NCBI GenBank assembly: GCA_004431415.1
Contig: QPMI01000048.1
Span: 1 to 64,000 of the forward strand
Source: Cyanophora paradoxa CCMP329
Taxonomy: Eukaryota; Plantae; Glaucophyta
Direction: 5' to 3'
Length of the DNA stretch: 64,000 nt
The notes below the pieces were generated by a model, which was given only the letters and a program-made list of their open reading frames with translations, had not been told where the DNA came from and made no database searches. The position numbers were made by a program, and so were the translations under genes. Shown here piece after piece: positions 1 to 12,330 of this stretch. The stretch's first letter is position 1; each line of letters begins with the position of its first letter.

Positions 1-3000
1 TCGCTCGCTCGCCCCACCCCTTCCAACCGATCTAAGCTGATCGCTGGGCGCGGCGGCGGCGGCGCAGGGGCCCCGCGCTCGCCTCGGCGGCCGCGGCGCT
101 GGGGCGCACCGCCGAAGACCTCCGCTCCGCCCACGCCTCTCTCTTCCACGTAGGCCCCCATTCCCCCCCCCCCCCGCTCCCGGTCTCGCCACCCGCCCTC
201 CTTCCCATTAGCCACCCTTGCGCCCACGCCTCCCTCTTCCACGTAGCCCCCCGCCCCTCCCTCCCTCCCTCCCTCCTTATCATTTCCTCGCCCCTTCCTC
301 TTCTTCTCCTCATCGCCCCTTCTTTTCTGTTCGCCCAGTCGGCGATGGCGCTGGGTACCCCCTCAGCGCCCTTCTACACATCCGACTGGCTCGAGGTACG
401 GACGAAGGGCGCGGCGATTCCTCTAGATAAGACAAGAGAATTGGCGCTTCATTCTCATCTGCGCATCTCAGGGGACCGAGTTCGTGCGGGGGGCGCCGGC
501 GGCCTGGCGCGGGGGCCTGTGGGAGGCCGGGCGGCGGGCCGCCGAGGCGGCCGCCGCGTGCGCCGCGCCGACCCCGCCGCCCTCGCCGCCTGCGCGGCCG
601 ACGGCGGCGCCGCCGCCGCCCCGGCCCTCTGGTGCGCTCCCCTCATGATAAAGGACACCTTACTCGGAACGATCTGACTTGAGCTTTGCCTTTTTCCTTA
701 GCGACGCGCTGGCGTGGGCGCTGGCGAACGCGCCGCGCCCCTTCCTCACCGCCTTCGGGCGCGAGGCGGCCGCCGACGCCGCCGACGCCCGCCGCTCCCT
801 CCTCACCGTGCGGCCTCCTCTCTTCGGCTCCGGCTTAATAATAGAAGCTCTGTTAACGTTCGAGTCGCCGAGAGTCGATTAGAGAACTCGATTAGATGAG
901 AGCGATCCCACTCGAGTGACACTGACTCGCCGAGCCCCTCCCCCTCTCTTCGGCTCCGGCGAACGGACGGGACGGGACGGAAAGCGCTGACGCCGACGCG
1001 CCCGCCCGCCCGCCCGCCCGCACGCGCAGTCGCTGCCGGCGGGCTTCCTCGCCGCCTGCGCCCTAGCCTCCGCCCTCTGCCTCGCCGTGCGTCCGGCCTG
1101 ACGCCCCCTTCCTCGCTGCGCCGAAGAACTCAAATCTCAAGATAGCGCAAAATAGAATCTACAACAAATCTTGATTCTATAAGATAGAAAATCTCAAGAT
1201 AGCGCAAAATAGAATCTACAACAAATCTTGATTCTATAAGATAGAGCGAAGGAGAGGACCACCGAGTCGCTGGCCCGCTGCCAGGCTGACCCGCCCCGCC
1301 TCCCTTGGCGCAGGCGCTGGTGGCGGGGGCGCGCGGCGCGCGGGCCGAGGCGCGGGCGCTCCTCGCCGCCCTCCCCTCCGTCCACCCCGCCGCGGTGCGT
1401 GCGACCAGATGCAGACGAAGAACAAGTGGCTATAGATAGATTGGAGGTCCTTAAATGCGGCGCCTCGCTCCAAGCGCCCATACTAGACGGCGAAGAAGAC
1501 AGGGGCGTGGGGTGCTGATCCTAGCTAACGCCGCTGGCTTCGACGCCGCTTGCCCTCGGATGCTGGAGAGCATTTAGGGCATAGAATCTCGTCCGAAGAG
1601 AATCTCGTCTGTGCTGACGCGGCCCGCCTGCCCCCCCCCTCCCCCCCCCCCCCCCCCCCCCCGCAGATACGCGCCCTTCTCCACGCCAACGGGGAGGGGG
1701 TACGCGATGCCGGCGCCCCTGGCGCCGCCTCAGGGCCGCCCTCGGGCGGGTCCTACGTGGTACGCCCGCTCCCCCTCCCCCTCCGCCCCGCCCCGCCTTT
1801 CTTCTTCCTCCTTTGGTTCTCATCGCTTTTGTTTTCTTCTTCTTCGTTCGCAGGTCCCCGCGCCCTCGTGCTCCCCCACGGGTACGCTTCCGGAGCCGAG
1901 CCCGACGTTCACCGCTGCGACGAAAGGCCGTCGCGGGGCCGCCCGCCGGGGGCCCCGGCGCGGCTCGGGCGCTGGGATCGGCTCCGCCGGGGCCGCCGCC
2001 CGACGCTACTCGGCAGCCTCCCTTGGCCCTACCACGTCCAGGTCAGATCTGATCTGATCTGAGCTTCCCTCCGCTCTGAGCTGAGCCCGTCCGGCTGAAC
2101 GGTCACTGAACCGTCCACAGGAACGATCCCCCGACCGGAGCGAGCGTCGCCGCATGGGGCAGGTCCGCAAATTCGAAATTTCAATCGTAAACGGCGCCGT
2201 TTGACTCCCCATTCAGTTCGACGAGCGTCACGACCGCCAGCAGCGCCGACAGCGCTTCCATTCAGGTACCCCGCTTCCCCCTCCTCCCAGCAGCCACTTC
2301 CGCCCCCTGTACCCCTAGCCTCACCGTACCCCCCCCCCCCCCCCAGGCCCGCCAGTCCGAGGCGGTATCCATGTCCTCGCTCAGGCCGGCCATCGCCTCG
2401 AACCCCGCCCTATCCCTCCTCACCCGTGCGCCCCGCTCGGATCTGATCTGATCTGATCCGATCTGATCTGATCCGATCTGATCTGATTTTGGATTGCAGC
2501 GGCCGTTCCCCCCCGCCGCCGCTCCCTCGGAGGTTCTTCTGTGCCCCCCGTCCCCCAGAGCTCGTCCGACGGGCCTGCGTCCTGCAACCGTGCCCCGGGT
2601 CCTCAGACGGCGAGCGCAACCGTACCCCTGCTCACGTCCCGCCGCGTCGCACTAACCGACGGACGGGGGTACAGATTCTCGTGAGGGTCGACCCGCCCGC
2701 GCGGTCCGGCCAGCGGCCCCGGCGCGCCCTCTGGACGGCTCTCCTTGCGTCCCTTCTCCTTGTTCTCCTGCTCGCCCCCGCAGCCGTCCATCTCTCCGCC
2801 GGTACGCCTCTCTGCTCGTGCATCGAGCGCCACGTACCGCGGCCGCTGAACGATTTTTTTCTCGCAGCCTCCTCGGAGCTTCGGGCGGCCCCGGCGCAGA
2901 TCGCGGCAGCCGGGCAGCGGCTCGCGGCGGCCGAGGCGCTTTTGGTCTACGCGGCCGCAGCCCTCCAGTGAGAAAAAAGATTCCGAACCTCCGCGGAGCC

Positions 3001-4178
3001 TCCGAGGAACCTCTAACTGCCGCCGCCCTCCGCAGAGCTTCGGAACCTCCGCAGAGCCTGGCCATCGCGGAGCTCGCGGATTCGATCGCGTCCCTGCAGC
3101 GATCGCTCGTGTACGGGGACGCTTCTGAGGCGCGCCGTACCCCCGCCACTCCCCTCCCCCCCTCCTCCGCACCGCAAGGATCGAAACTGGTCCGCGCAGG
3201 GCCTACCTCCCTCCTCCTCGGCCTCCCCGGCACACCGTCGCCTCCTCTTCGAAGCGACCTGCTTCGCGTACCCGTGCGCGCCGCCTCCCGAGACTCTTCG
3301 CCTCTGTACCCCTCCAACCGCCGCCGCGACGGCAGGGGGGAGGAAGCGGAAGTCTGCGCCGGTACCGATACGGGTACCCCGCCGCTCCGGGGCCTGGACT
3401 CGGCCGTCGGGGCCCTCGTCGCTTCCGCCCGCCGCCTCGCCGCGTGCGTGAAGGCGTACCCCTTCCCCCCGGCCGCGCCGCTGTACCCCCTGACGTGGAG
3501 TCCCGCAGCGCCGGCCCCGACGCGGCGGCCGCCGCCGGCGCCCTGCTCTCGCTCTCCGCGCCCGGTCCCCGCGACGTGATTCAGGTACCCCCGCCGGATC
3601 CCCGTGCCCACGTACCCACCTGGAATCTTAGCGCGGTCGTTCCAGGGTCTTCAGGCTTCCCTGAAGCTCTACGAGGCGGGAGGGGCGGCCTCCGTGCGCT
3701 CCTGGAGGCGCTGTACCCCCACCCTCGTTCTGAACGCGGTACCCCCCGCAGGCCCGAGCCGCGGCGGACGCGCATGGCGCTCTCTTCGCCGCCTTCGCGG
3801 CCGCCCTTGCCGCGGGGTACGTTCTCTTCGCGTACCCGTACTGCGCGGCGCTCCGGGGTACGCTTTTCGGTTTTTTCCTTGGCGGACGACTTTTTCCGAG
3901 CTGATTTGAGTTGATTGGGGATTCCTCGAACAGACGACGCTGGGCTCGCGAGGGAGGCCCTTCGTTCGCTGCCCTACGGGGCGCTCCCGCCCGCAGTCCG
4001 GGCGCTGGTCGGGCGCCCGGCGGCCGGCGCCGGCGCCGGCGGCCGCGGGCGGCGGCGGGCTGGGGGGAGGAAGCCGCCCCTGTTGGCCGCTGTCCACCCC
4101 GCCCCTGGCGCCGGCCCCGCCACAGAGGGGATGGGCGGCGAAGAGAGCGGGAGCGATGCTTCGTCTAGGAGCGATTAG
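1..4178 (+). CDS. 3' part of a multi-exon, multi-pass membrane protein (possibly TmcB/TmcC 'tiny macrocysts'-like sensor); 5' end outside window
   Basis: Exons bounded by GCAG/GTGCG sites read DALAWALANAPRPFLTAFGREAAADAADARRSLLT | SLPAGFLAACALASALCLA | ALVAGARGARAEARALLAALPSVHPAA | IRALLHAN... A hydrophobic helix RRALWTALLASLLLVLLLAPAAV lies at ~2720-2790. The last exon AREALRSLPYGALPPAVRAL ends at TAG 4178. The family call rests only on a TM followed by an 'R.LL..LP'-like pattern seen twice. Confidence 0.45.
1132..1245. repeat. Intronic 57-bp AT-rich tandem duplication (2 copies)
   Basis: AAATCTCAAGATAGCGCAAAATAGAATCTACAACAAATCTTGATTCTATAAGATAGA starts at 1132 and again at 1189. Confidence 0.95.
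2440..2487. repeat. (GATCT/GATCC)n pentanucleotide microsatellite
   Basis: Read directly; related runs at 2046-2061 and 19849-19893. Confidence 0.9.
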
Positions 4179-4356
4179 TTAGATAGTGGCTCGCTAAGGT
4201 TTATGATCCGGTTAGCTTAAGTTCGTGGCTCGCGCTTTCCGATTTTCAGTCTAGGTCTGCTTCGCAGCTTACTCAATAATCTGCCCGCCAGCTTTCAGTC
4301 TCGAGGCTCCCGCCGTTTAACCAGACCAGCGCGTAGCCAGCCGTGCACAGAATTTT

Positions 4357-4546
4357 AAACAAGTTACAGATCAGAGTTGTAATTAAATGCCATCAGAAAG
4401 GTGCAACAAATTACAGATCAGAGTTGTAATTAAATGCCATCAGAAAGGTGCAACAAATTACAGATCAGAGTTGTAATTAAATGCCATCAGAAAGGTGCAA
4501 CAAATTACAGATCAGAGTTGTAATTAAATGCCATCAGAAAGGCGCA
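4357..4546. repeat. 47-bp AT-rich minisatellite, ~4 copies
   Basis: Unit TTACAGATCAGAGTTGTAATTAAATGCCATCAGAAAGGTGCAACAAA starts at 4364, 4411, 4458 and 4505, with no spacers. Confidence 0.95.
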
Positions 4547-5194
4547 GACGCTCAGATCTATACTCGTAGCATTCCTGCAGTGCATAGAAAGATATCACTG
4601 TTTTCAGTCGTCATTAACTTCGGTTTTCTGTTTTCTGTGTATACGTATCTGTTTGAACTGACTTTTCGTGTATCTGGTTTCTTTCTTTACTGCGGTAGTC
4701 GTTAGTGTAGCCTTGTAGACGCCTCCCTTGTGTTGTGTGTTTGTGGGCCTAGGCCTACACGGCCTGCTACTTGGTGATCATGGCTAGATTATAATATATT
4801 AGCCGCGCAGCCGCCCAGGGTAGGCGCGCGCGCGGGGCAGCGGCGCCGGGCGCGCGCGGAGGCGGAGCGCGGCGCGGCACTCGGCGGCTCGTGCAGCTGC
4901 CGGGCCGCGCGCTGAGCCGGGGCCCAGGAGCGCGGGCAGGCGCAGCAGGGCTGCCGCCACCGAGCCGCCGCCCGGGGGCCAGGCTCCCGGCCAGCGGAGG
5001 CCGCCTTCATCGCTCATCGTCAGAGACTATACTAGTACATTTACATCCGAATCCGGCGAAGAACTGAGAAGAGCTTAAGCTTGGCTAAAGCGTATCGCGG
5101 CGGGGTTGATCCCTCGGCCCTCCCCTCGCCCCCGGCCCTCGTTTTCTCTTCCGGCTCTTGGGCTTTGTCCCTCGAGCTGCACCACCCCCCGTAA

Positions 5195-8100
5195 ATGACG
5201 TTTAGGTTTCTTTCTCTGAACGTAGCAGGCAAACTAGATCGAGCTTTTCATGATGTATTAGGCAAATCTTATCGTTCTTTTCTCTTTGATTGCCTCCGCG
5301 ATAGTGCGCGGCATTCAGCTGTGTTCCTGCAGGAGACTCATGTTTCTTCTTCCTCATTATCCAAGCGCCTCGCGCGCGCCTGGGGATCGGCCCCTCTTTT
5401 TGGTCTCATAACCCTAGTGGTCAGGCCACTCAGGGGGTCGCCGCTCTCTTTCCTGGTGATTCCCTTTTCAAATTCGGTTGTTGACTCCAGCTGATAGTCC
5501 TCGACTTCAACTTTTCTTGTTCGAGACCAAATTTGGTCCCATTTATTTTTGCAATGTATATGCTCCTACAGATGATTCCGAGCGTCGCGGTTTCTATGAA
5601 ACTCTTCTTTATACTCTCGAGTCCGTGGTTCCTTTCGACAGCCGCCTCATCTTAGGAGGAGATTTTAATTTCCACGAGCTCCCCTCTGATGCTCCCGGCC
5701 CTAGTCGTGGAACCCCTCCCCCGACGCCTTTGAGTTGATCCGAGCTCGTTATGGCCTTTTCGATGCCGGGCCTCACACTAGAGCGTGCTTTAAAACCTGG
5801 AGCCGGCCGCGGCCGGCGGGCGGGACGATTGAGTCCCGGCTCGATTATTTTTTCCTCTCGTCCTCCCTCCGCGATTGGGCCGTCTCGCTTCGGCCGTGGA
5901 CGGCTTACTCTGCAGTCGGCGAGCCACGCAATTCTGATCATATAGGCATCTATCTCACACTTAAAGCCCCGGAATCTCTCGCCGTGGCCCCGGTCGCTGG
6001 CGCATGAACTGGGCGGCGTATGGCACATGCCCGGAATATTCTGGTTTCATTTCTACTATAATTCGTGACTGGCGCGCCGCGTGGCCATTAGTTACAGATC
6101 GCGTCCGTCGGTGGGACGCCCTCAAATCCGAGCTCCAGCGTCGTGTTCGGGCCTGGGAGCTTGATGAGAAGCGCAGGCGGAAGGACGCTTACATCTCCGC
6201 TGTTCGAGCTCTCGAGGCTCTCATCCGTCGCCACGCCGCTGGCTCTATTGATGATGTCGCTTTCCGTACACTGCGCACTTCTATGATGCGCAGCTTGAAT
6301 TCGCTTGTGTCTGACTATGCCAGACAGCATTCACGCAAAGAAATTCGTTTTGCCGCAACTCAAGATGGACGGTCTAGTAAAGCTTTTTTTGAGCATTATT
6401 TACCGGATTCTCATGCTCAGTTCACGGAGGGGCTTCGGGCCCTCGACACCGAAGGCCCAGAGGCCGCGTCGGACGACCCCCGCACTTTGCTCGAGCTTTC
6501 TTCCGCCTATTACGCTCAACTATATGACGGCGCTGCAGCTCAGGCCGTGGTTGATCGGTCGCTAGCTGAGCGGTCTGGCGTTGCCTCTCTCTATTCCCCT
6601 CACCGCCTGCTCCCTACTGAGTCTGCTGATCTTGACTCTGACTTATCGTCTGGAGAACTATTTCGTGCTTTTAAGGAGATGTCTGGCGGAGCCAAGTCTC
6701 CTGGCATCGATGGTCTCCCTGCTGAATTCTACGTTCACTTTTTTGATGAGATTGGCCCCGATTTCTGTGCTTACATCGCTGCTATGTATGAGTCTGGGCA
6801 GCCGTCCGAGTCTTTGCGGCACGTCCTCATTACTCCTATTACTAAACCGGCAACGGACCCTACTTTGATTGCAAATCGCCGCCCAATTTCTCTCTCTAAT
6901 GTCGAAGAGCGTGCAGTCGAGCGCGCCCTCTCCAACCGCTTAACGCCACTCATGTCTGGTCTTGTATCCCGCTTTCAGTCTGGCTTTATTCATCGTCGGT
7001 CCGCAGTGCACCAGGTTATGCTTGTTTATCTTCTCATGCATTACGAGGGCGGTAATCCTGCACTCGAACAGCTGTGCTTCGGATTTCTTGATTTTTCAAA
7101 AGCCTATGACCGCGTTAACTGGAGCTTCCTTTTCTGGTCGCTCGAACAGTTCGGTTTCGGGTCCCAATTTATCAAGTGGGTCCGCCTGCTCTACTCTGAT
7201 CTGCAGGGTTCTGTTCACATTAACGGCTGGACCTCCGCCCCTTTCCCCATTCGATGCGGTGTACGTCAGGGTGGCCCCTTTCGCCCTATCTATATAATTT
7301 GTGCACACACCTTTTAGCCCTTTTGATTAATGCTGATGCTCGTATACGAGGTGTCCGCTTGTCCTCTAGCTCTCTTTGCAAGGTGCTCCAGTTTGCAGAC
7401 GACACTGTTCCTTTAATCTCGTCTTTTACCGAATTGCCTTTCTGGAAAGAGTGCTTTGATAAATACTGCCGGCTCTCTGGAGCTCTTATTAATCTCGAGA
7501 AATCTAGCCTTCTTCCACTCCGCGATATCCCCGCACATGCCTGGCCTAGCGTCGAGGACTGCCCCTGGCGGCGTCTTCAGGTGACGGATCTCCCTCCCGC
7601 TGAAAAAATTCGAAAATACCTGGGCTTTCCACTAGAGCCCGATCTGTCTCGGTTCTGGCGGAAAAAGAACGCTGCTCTTGATATCCGTGTCCAGCAAGCG
7701 AAGACTTATCGCATGCCGATGCGTTCCGGCGTTCTCCTTGCCTGGGCTGTATTTATTGGGTCCCTACATTATGCTCTATATTTGCTTGACCCCCTGATGC
7801 TCAGTATTCGACATGGCAAGAGAAGCTTCGCGCTTTTGCTGGCGTGAGCGGGCAGCTTTCGAAGTATATTTCTCCTCTGCCGTGGCGTCAAGGTGGTCTC
7901 AACTGCCCGGATATTCGAGCTTTTTCGTTATCGCTGAAAATGAAGTGGGTGGCCTTGCTCGCTGACCCCTCTTGTTCGGCTCCTTGGAAGGAGTACCTCT
8001 TGAGCAAACTGGACGCTCAGCTGGCACCTTTTTCCTATGGCCCCGCCCTTGTCTCGCTCCGCCTCCCACTTGACAGACTTGACTTGCCTCCTATTTGGAA

Positions 8101-9681
8101 GCAGACTCTCTCCGAGTGGGCTCAGCGCCAGGGCGTGTGTCAACCTCGTAACTCTCCCGAAGTGTTATCCCAACCTCTTTTCTTCAATCCTCTGTTCAGT
8201 ACTCCCGGCGACGAGGTCGACTGGAGTCGCTGTGCACGGTCCGGCTTGCTGCGGGTCTGCGATATCTGGGATTGTGCTGCCCGGGGTTCCGGGCTCCAGC
8301 AGCTGCCTCCTCCGCCCTCCACTCCTTTTTCCCTAGTCTGTGCTCTGCGCTCCCGGCTACTTGGCGCCAGGTTCTCGAGGCCCCTGCACCGCCGCCTCAG
8401 CATCTCTGGTGGTCCGGACCGGACGCCTCGTTTGCTCTCCTTCGAGGCCCAAGTGGTACTTTTGTTGCCTTCCCCGTTCGCGATAACCAGATAATTCCAC
8501 GGGTGCTGGACTACGTACCGCGCGTTCCTTGCCGCCCTGCGGCTTCCCACCCTGTGGGCCTATCCTCGAGCTCCAATTCAATTCTGTCCCGTTTGCTCCC
8601 GCTGCATGTTTGCTTCAGCGCTGTCTTCCTCTCTTTTCGTCGCGGGACCCTGCCTGGCCTTTTTGTTCTTGGCGCAGGTCCTTCGGCCTTTCTTTCTCTT
8701 GATAATCTTGCGTTCACTTTCGCTCGTATGCTCCCTCTCCGCCTCTCCTCTGTTCGTCGCTTCTACTGCCTTGAGGTCCAGCGGCTTCGCGATGTGTCTA
8801 GCCACGCTCAGATGCCCGATGCTAAGTGGGGGTTTCCCGGCGCCTTGTCTCCGTCCCGTCTTCCTAATCTTGTCGTCCTTCAGTGTTTCCCGATGCTTTG
8901 GATCGATGCTCTTTACCGTTTGCATTTCAAATTGTATCGTTTGGGCGAGCAACAGTCGCCCCGCCGTCGTTTCTGTCGGGTTTGTAATGACGGATCTGCT
9001 CGCTCTCACGCGCACGTTTTCTCTGAGTGCCCGCTTTCTCGTTCGTTCTGGGATTTCATTCGTGAGCGCCTGAATTTCTGGGCTTCTACTCTTCCACCGG
9101 ATGAGCGTGAAGAGGTCGCAGTGCCTGACCTCTCTCTCTTCCACATCCTCTCGGTTCCGGATTTATCTGGACCCATTTTGCGCAGTAAAGTTAACCCCGC
9201 CTTCTGCCTTCGCTCACTTGGAGCGATCCTTGCTGGCGTATTTTCCATCCAACAGGTTGCTCGCGCTCGGTGCGATCTTGAGGAGGCTGACATTGATGCA
9301 CCTTCTTACAACCGCGCCGCGCTTGTTGCCGCCTGGGACAGAAATATGTCGTACCTCGAGTTCACCCTTCCGCAGGCTTCGGCCTTGTTGGAGGAGCGGC
9401 GCGCTCGCTTGGCTGCTGCTGACGCTGATGATCAGGCTGCCTCGGATGATGACGCACATGATTCAGAGTCTGGTACCGGTTCTCATCGTTCTAGTTCAAG
9501 CTCTGATTCTGACTCGTCCGGCGCTCCTTCTTCGGGCGGTGCTGACAACCTCGTCTCTTCGCGTGACATCGATTCTGTCCTCCGGAATCCTGCGGAGTTT
9601 GCCGTTCGTGGGAATGTCCCGTTGGGGATCCCTGGTGGTCGCCCGCCTCCTGCGCCGTCCCTCCTGCTCTGGCCCCTGTAG
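5195..9681 (+). pseudogene. LINE ORF2 (APE endonuclease + reverse transcriptase + CCHC finger), broken by >=6 frameshifts
   Basis: APE motifs: FLSLNVAG, FLQETH, NVYAPT, LGGDFN, SRLDYFF, SDH (5195-6007). RT motifs: KSPGIDGLPAEFY, RRPISLSN, QSGF, LDFSKAYDRV, GVRQG/PLSP, FADD, INLEKS, KYLG, GGLNCPD (6004-7920). Zinc finger CRVC-x8-H-x4-C at ~8974-9030. Intronless. Confidence 0.93.
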
Positions 9682-11504
9682 TGACCCTTGGGCCCATTCC
9701 TATTCCTGCTCTCGCTGCCCCTCTCGACGCTCCTTTCCCCCCATTCCCTGCGGTCCCGATCCCTGTGCTCCTTGGCCCTCTGGCCCCGCCTCTGCCTCCT
9801 CCCTCCTTACAACTTGCTGTCACGGGGCCTCTTCACTTGCCTGTTCCCCGGCAGGTCCCTGGTCATCTTGCAGCTCCATACCCCTTCTTACCTCTTCCCC
9901 TTGCTCCTCCACTTCCGCCCCTGCGAGGCCCTCTTTCTGACGTCCTCCTGGTTCAGCCCCCTCTTCAGCCCATCCTTCTTGCCCCCGCTTCTGCAACTGT
10001 GACGCTGGGCGGCACTATCTTTTGCATGCCCCTCCCGCCTCTACGTCCCGGTCTCTTTGCATCTGCATCCACTTTCCCGGATCCGCTTGCAGGCCCCCTC
10101 GCCTCCAGAGCTCGCCATCACTTCGGCCTCCCTCGCCTCCGCTCTCGATTCTCCATACCCTTCGAATAGCCGCCTTCTCTCTCCTCCTCCGCCCTCCCTC
10201 CCCCCTCGAGCTCCGGGTCCTCGGCCTCTGCCCGCTTCCGAGTGTTGGCGAGACTGTCCTCTTTTCGGTCTCCCCGTCATTCCGGCTCCCTGCTCCCCCT
10301 TCGGCGCCTCGGGTCCCATATGCGGGTCCTATCCCGCTTCCTGGCGCTCGTGAGATTCGCCGCCGGCGCCCTCGTCGGGCCCTTGCGCCCTCGAGCTCGT
10401 CTCTCTCTGCGCCGCCCATGGCCATGACCTCCGTGTCATCTGATCCGGCGCCACCCGACCTTTCTCCAGCTTCGCTGCCCTCTCTTCGGCGCCGGCAGCG
10501 ATCCCCGTCACCTGCTCGCGGCCCTTCCCCTGCCTCCGACCCTTCCTCGGCCCCCTCCTCGCCTAGGCCTCTTCCGTCTCGTCGGCCCCCGCCGCATTCC
10601 CGTCGGCGGATCTCTCGATCGACCCTGGACTCTCCGCCTGCCACTGTCTGCGGGGTACCTCCGCCGCCGTGTTCGGCGCCGGCTGTCAGTACTTTGCTCG
10701 GTAGCTCCCCCGTCGTGGCTCCTCGGGGGCCTCTTCGTCGTCGTCGTTCGCTGGGTTCCGGCTCCGGGTCAGATTTCTCGCCGGGCTTACCTTCTCCTGG
10801 CTCTGCTCCTGGGCCCTCAGCTCCGGGACCGGCTTCCCCGATCTCCTCCCGGACTCGTGGTCGTACCCGTCGCCGGCTTGCCGAGCCTGCGGCTCCTTCT
10901 ACTTCCCCCCGGCGGTTTGCCGGGCCGGACCCTCCGGCCTTTGTTCTTGATACCGGACTGCCGCCTTTGCCTTCGTCTTCTGCTTCGCTGGTCGCGATCG
11001 TATCCCGCCGGCGCCGGCGTACTTCTTCGTCTTCTAGTTTAGTTCGGTCTGGTTCGGATTCTGATCGTAGTGTTGATGCTAGAGTTAGTTTCAATACTAG
11101 CTATAGTCCTCGTGCTCGACCTGTTGTTCGCCGTCGTTTGCAGTTCGATTGCCCGCCTCGACCCTGGCCGGCTTTAGTGATTCCTTTGACTGTCCTTTTG
11201 CCTGCTCTTGATCCGCCTGTTCCGCCTCCTGTGTCCTCCTCGACCTCGTGCCGTAGCTCTGCCCTTTCGCATCGTCCTGCTTCGCCTCCGCCTCCATGTC
11301 GTCTTGTTGTTCCTCTTACTTGTCTTCTTCCTGTTATTTATCTTTCTCAATTTTGTCCCCCGCTTCTTAGTGATGTAATTCCTTCTGATATTGATGGTAT
11401 CTCTAGCTCTGGCTCTTCTTCGTGTCAGTTATCCTCTGTCCCTAGATCTGCTCGATTTATCGTCTCTTCTCGCTATCGATCTGTCTCGAGCTCTGTGTCT
11501 TTCC

Positions 11505-11798
11505 TTTTTTATTGTCGATTTTGGCTCTTTGTCTTATCTTTCTTCGTGCTCTTGTCTTAGTTATTTTGCTTTTTTGTCTTTATGCCCCCTGGGCAGCCCC
11601 CGCAGTGCTGGTGTCTAGAGACTGTGGCCGGTAATTCACCAAAAAAAAATTTTTTTATTGTCGATTTTGGCTCTTTGTCTTATCTTTCTTCGTGCTCTTG
11701 TCTTAGTTATTTTGCTTTTTTGTCTTTATGCCCCCTGGGCAGCCCCCGCAGTGCTGGTGTCTAGAGACTGTGGCCGGTAATTCACCAAAAAAAAAAAA
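11505..11798 (+). repeat. Head-to-tail duplication of the LINE 3' terminal 146 bp, each copy ending in poly(A)
   Basis: 11505-11649 (A9) and 11650-11798 (A12) are identical apart from tail length. Confidence 0.95.
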
Positions 11799-12330
11799 TC
11801 ATGATCAAGTTATATAATTAAAGGGAAATCCGAATCGGCGGGAGGCGGCGTGACGTGATCGCGTCACCGCGTCACCCGTCACTGGGCCGTCAGCAGGGCT
11901 GGGGTAACTTAGTAACGGTGGGGTTACCGACCAAGACCGATCGGCCAGGCCGCGGGCTCGGCGGCTAGCGCGCGGTGCGCCGGTGGCACCGGTGCCTAGC
12001 TAGCGCCTGCTGGGCAGCTGAGCTAAAAGAAGCAACGTTATCACAAAGCCTTGAAGCAGCATCGACTCGCTCGCACCCTGTGAGCAAAGATTGGGATCCC
12101 AGCGCGCGGGTGCGTAGTCACTGCGTACGCGTGCGAAATCGATCCTCGCGGCGACTTGCACTCTGGGGCTGACGCGGGATCTTGCCGGGGCCGGCAGCTA
12201 GCTAGTCCTGGGTGAGCTTTTGATCGCTTTCGAGGGCTGAAATTTTAAAGGCGGTACCGGTAGCACTGCGGCAGCTGCAGCCTTGAAGGAGATAGGTGCG
12301 CCGCGCGCCTTGTCTCGCTGGCCCATGCAT

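Larger units (their letters stand above)
5195..11798 (+). mobile_element. Non-LTR retrotransposon (LINE, L1/Tx1-like); exact 5' end undefined
   Basis: APE-RT-CCHC domain order. The 3' terminus ...GTCTAGAGACTGTGGCCGGTAATTCACC(A)n recurs elsewhere as short copies flanked by target-site duplications. Confidence 0.92.

Noticed and set aside
4357-4546. CRISPR array
   Set aside because: Contiguous identical 47-bp units with no unique spacers, no cas genes, and a eukaryotic context.
4789-5017. Small minus-strand gene (MSDEGGLRW...)
   Set aside because: Isolated GC-rich ORF with no further exons or motif; at most a gene remnant.
5095-5195. HDV-like ribozyme at the LINE 5' end
   Set aside because: A possible P1 helix (GGCGGGG/CCTCGCC) exists, but P1.1, P2 and the catalytic J4/2 strand could not be placed.
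10015-11094. 359-aa antisense ORF in the LINE tail
   Set aside because: Low-complexity G/E/R mirror of a C/T-rich strand with a non-ATG start and no motifs; not fully excluded without a family consensus.
4770-11850. Target-site duplication for the full-length LINE
   Set aside because: Sequence after the poly(A) (TCATGATCAAG) has no convincing match upstream. The ATCCGAATC match (5045/11828) is not adjacent to the tail.
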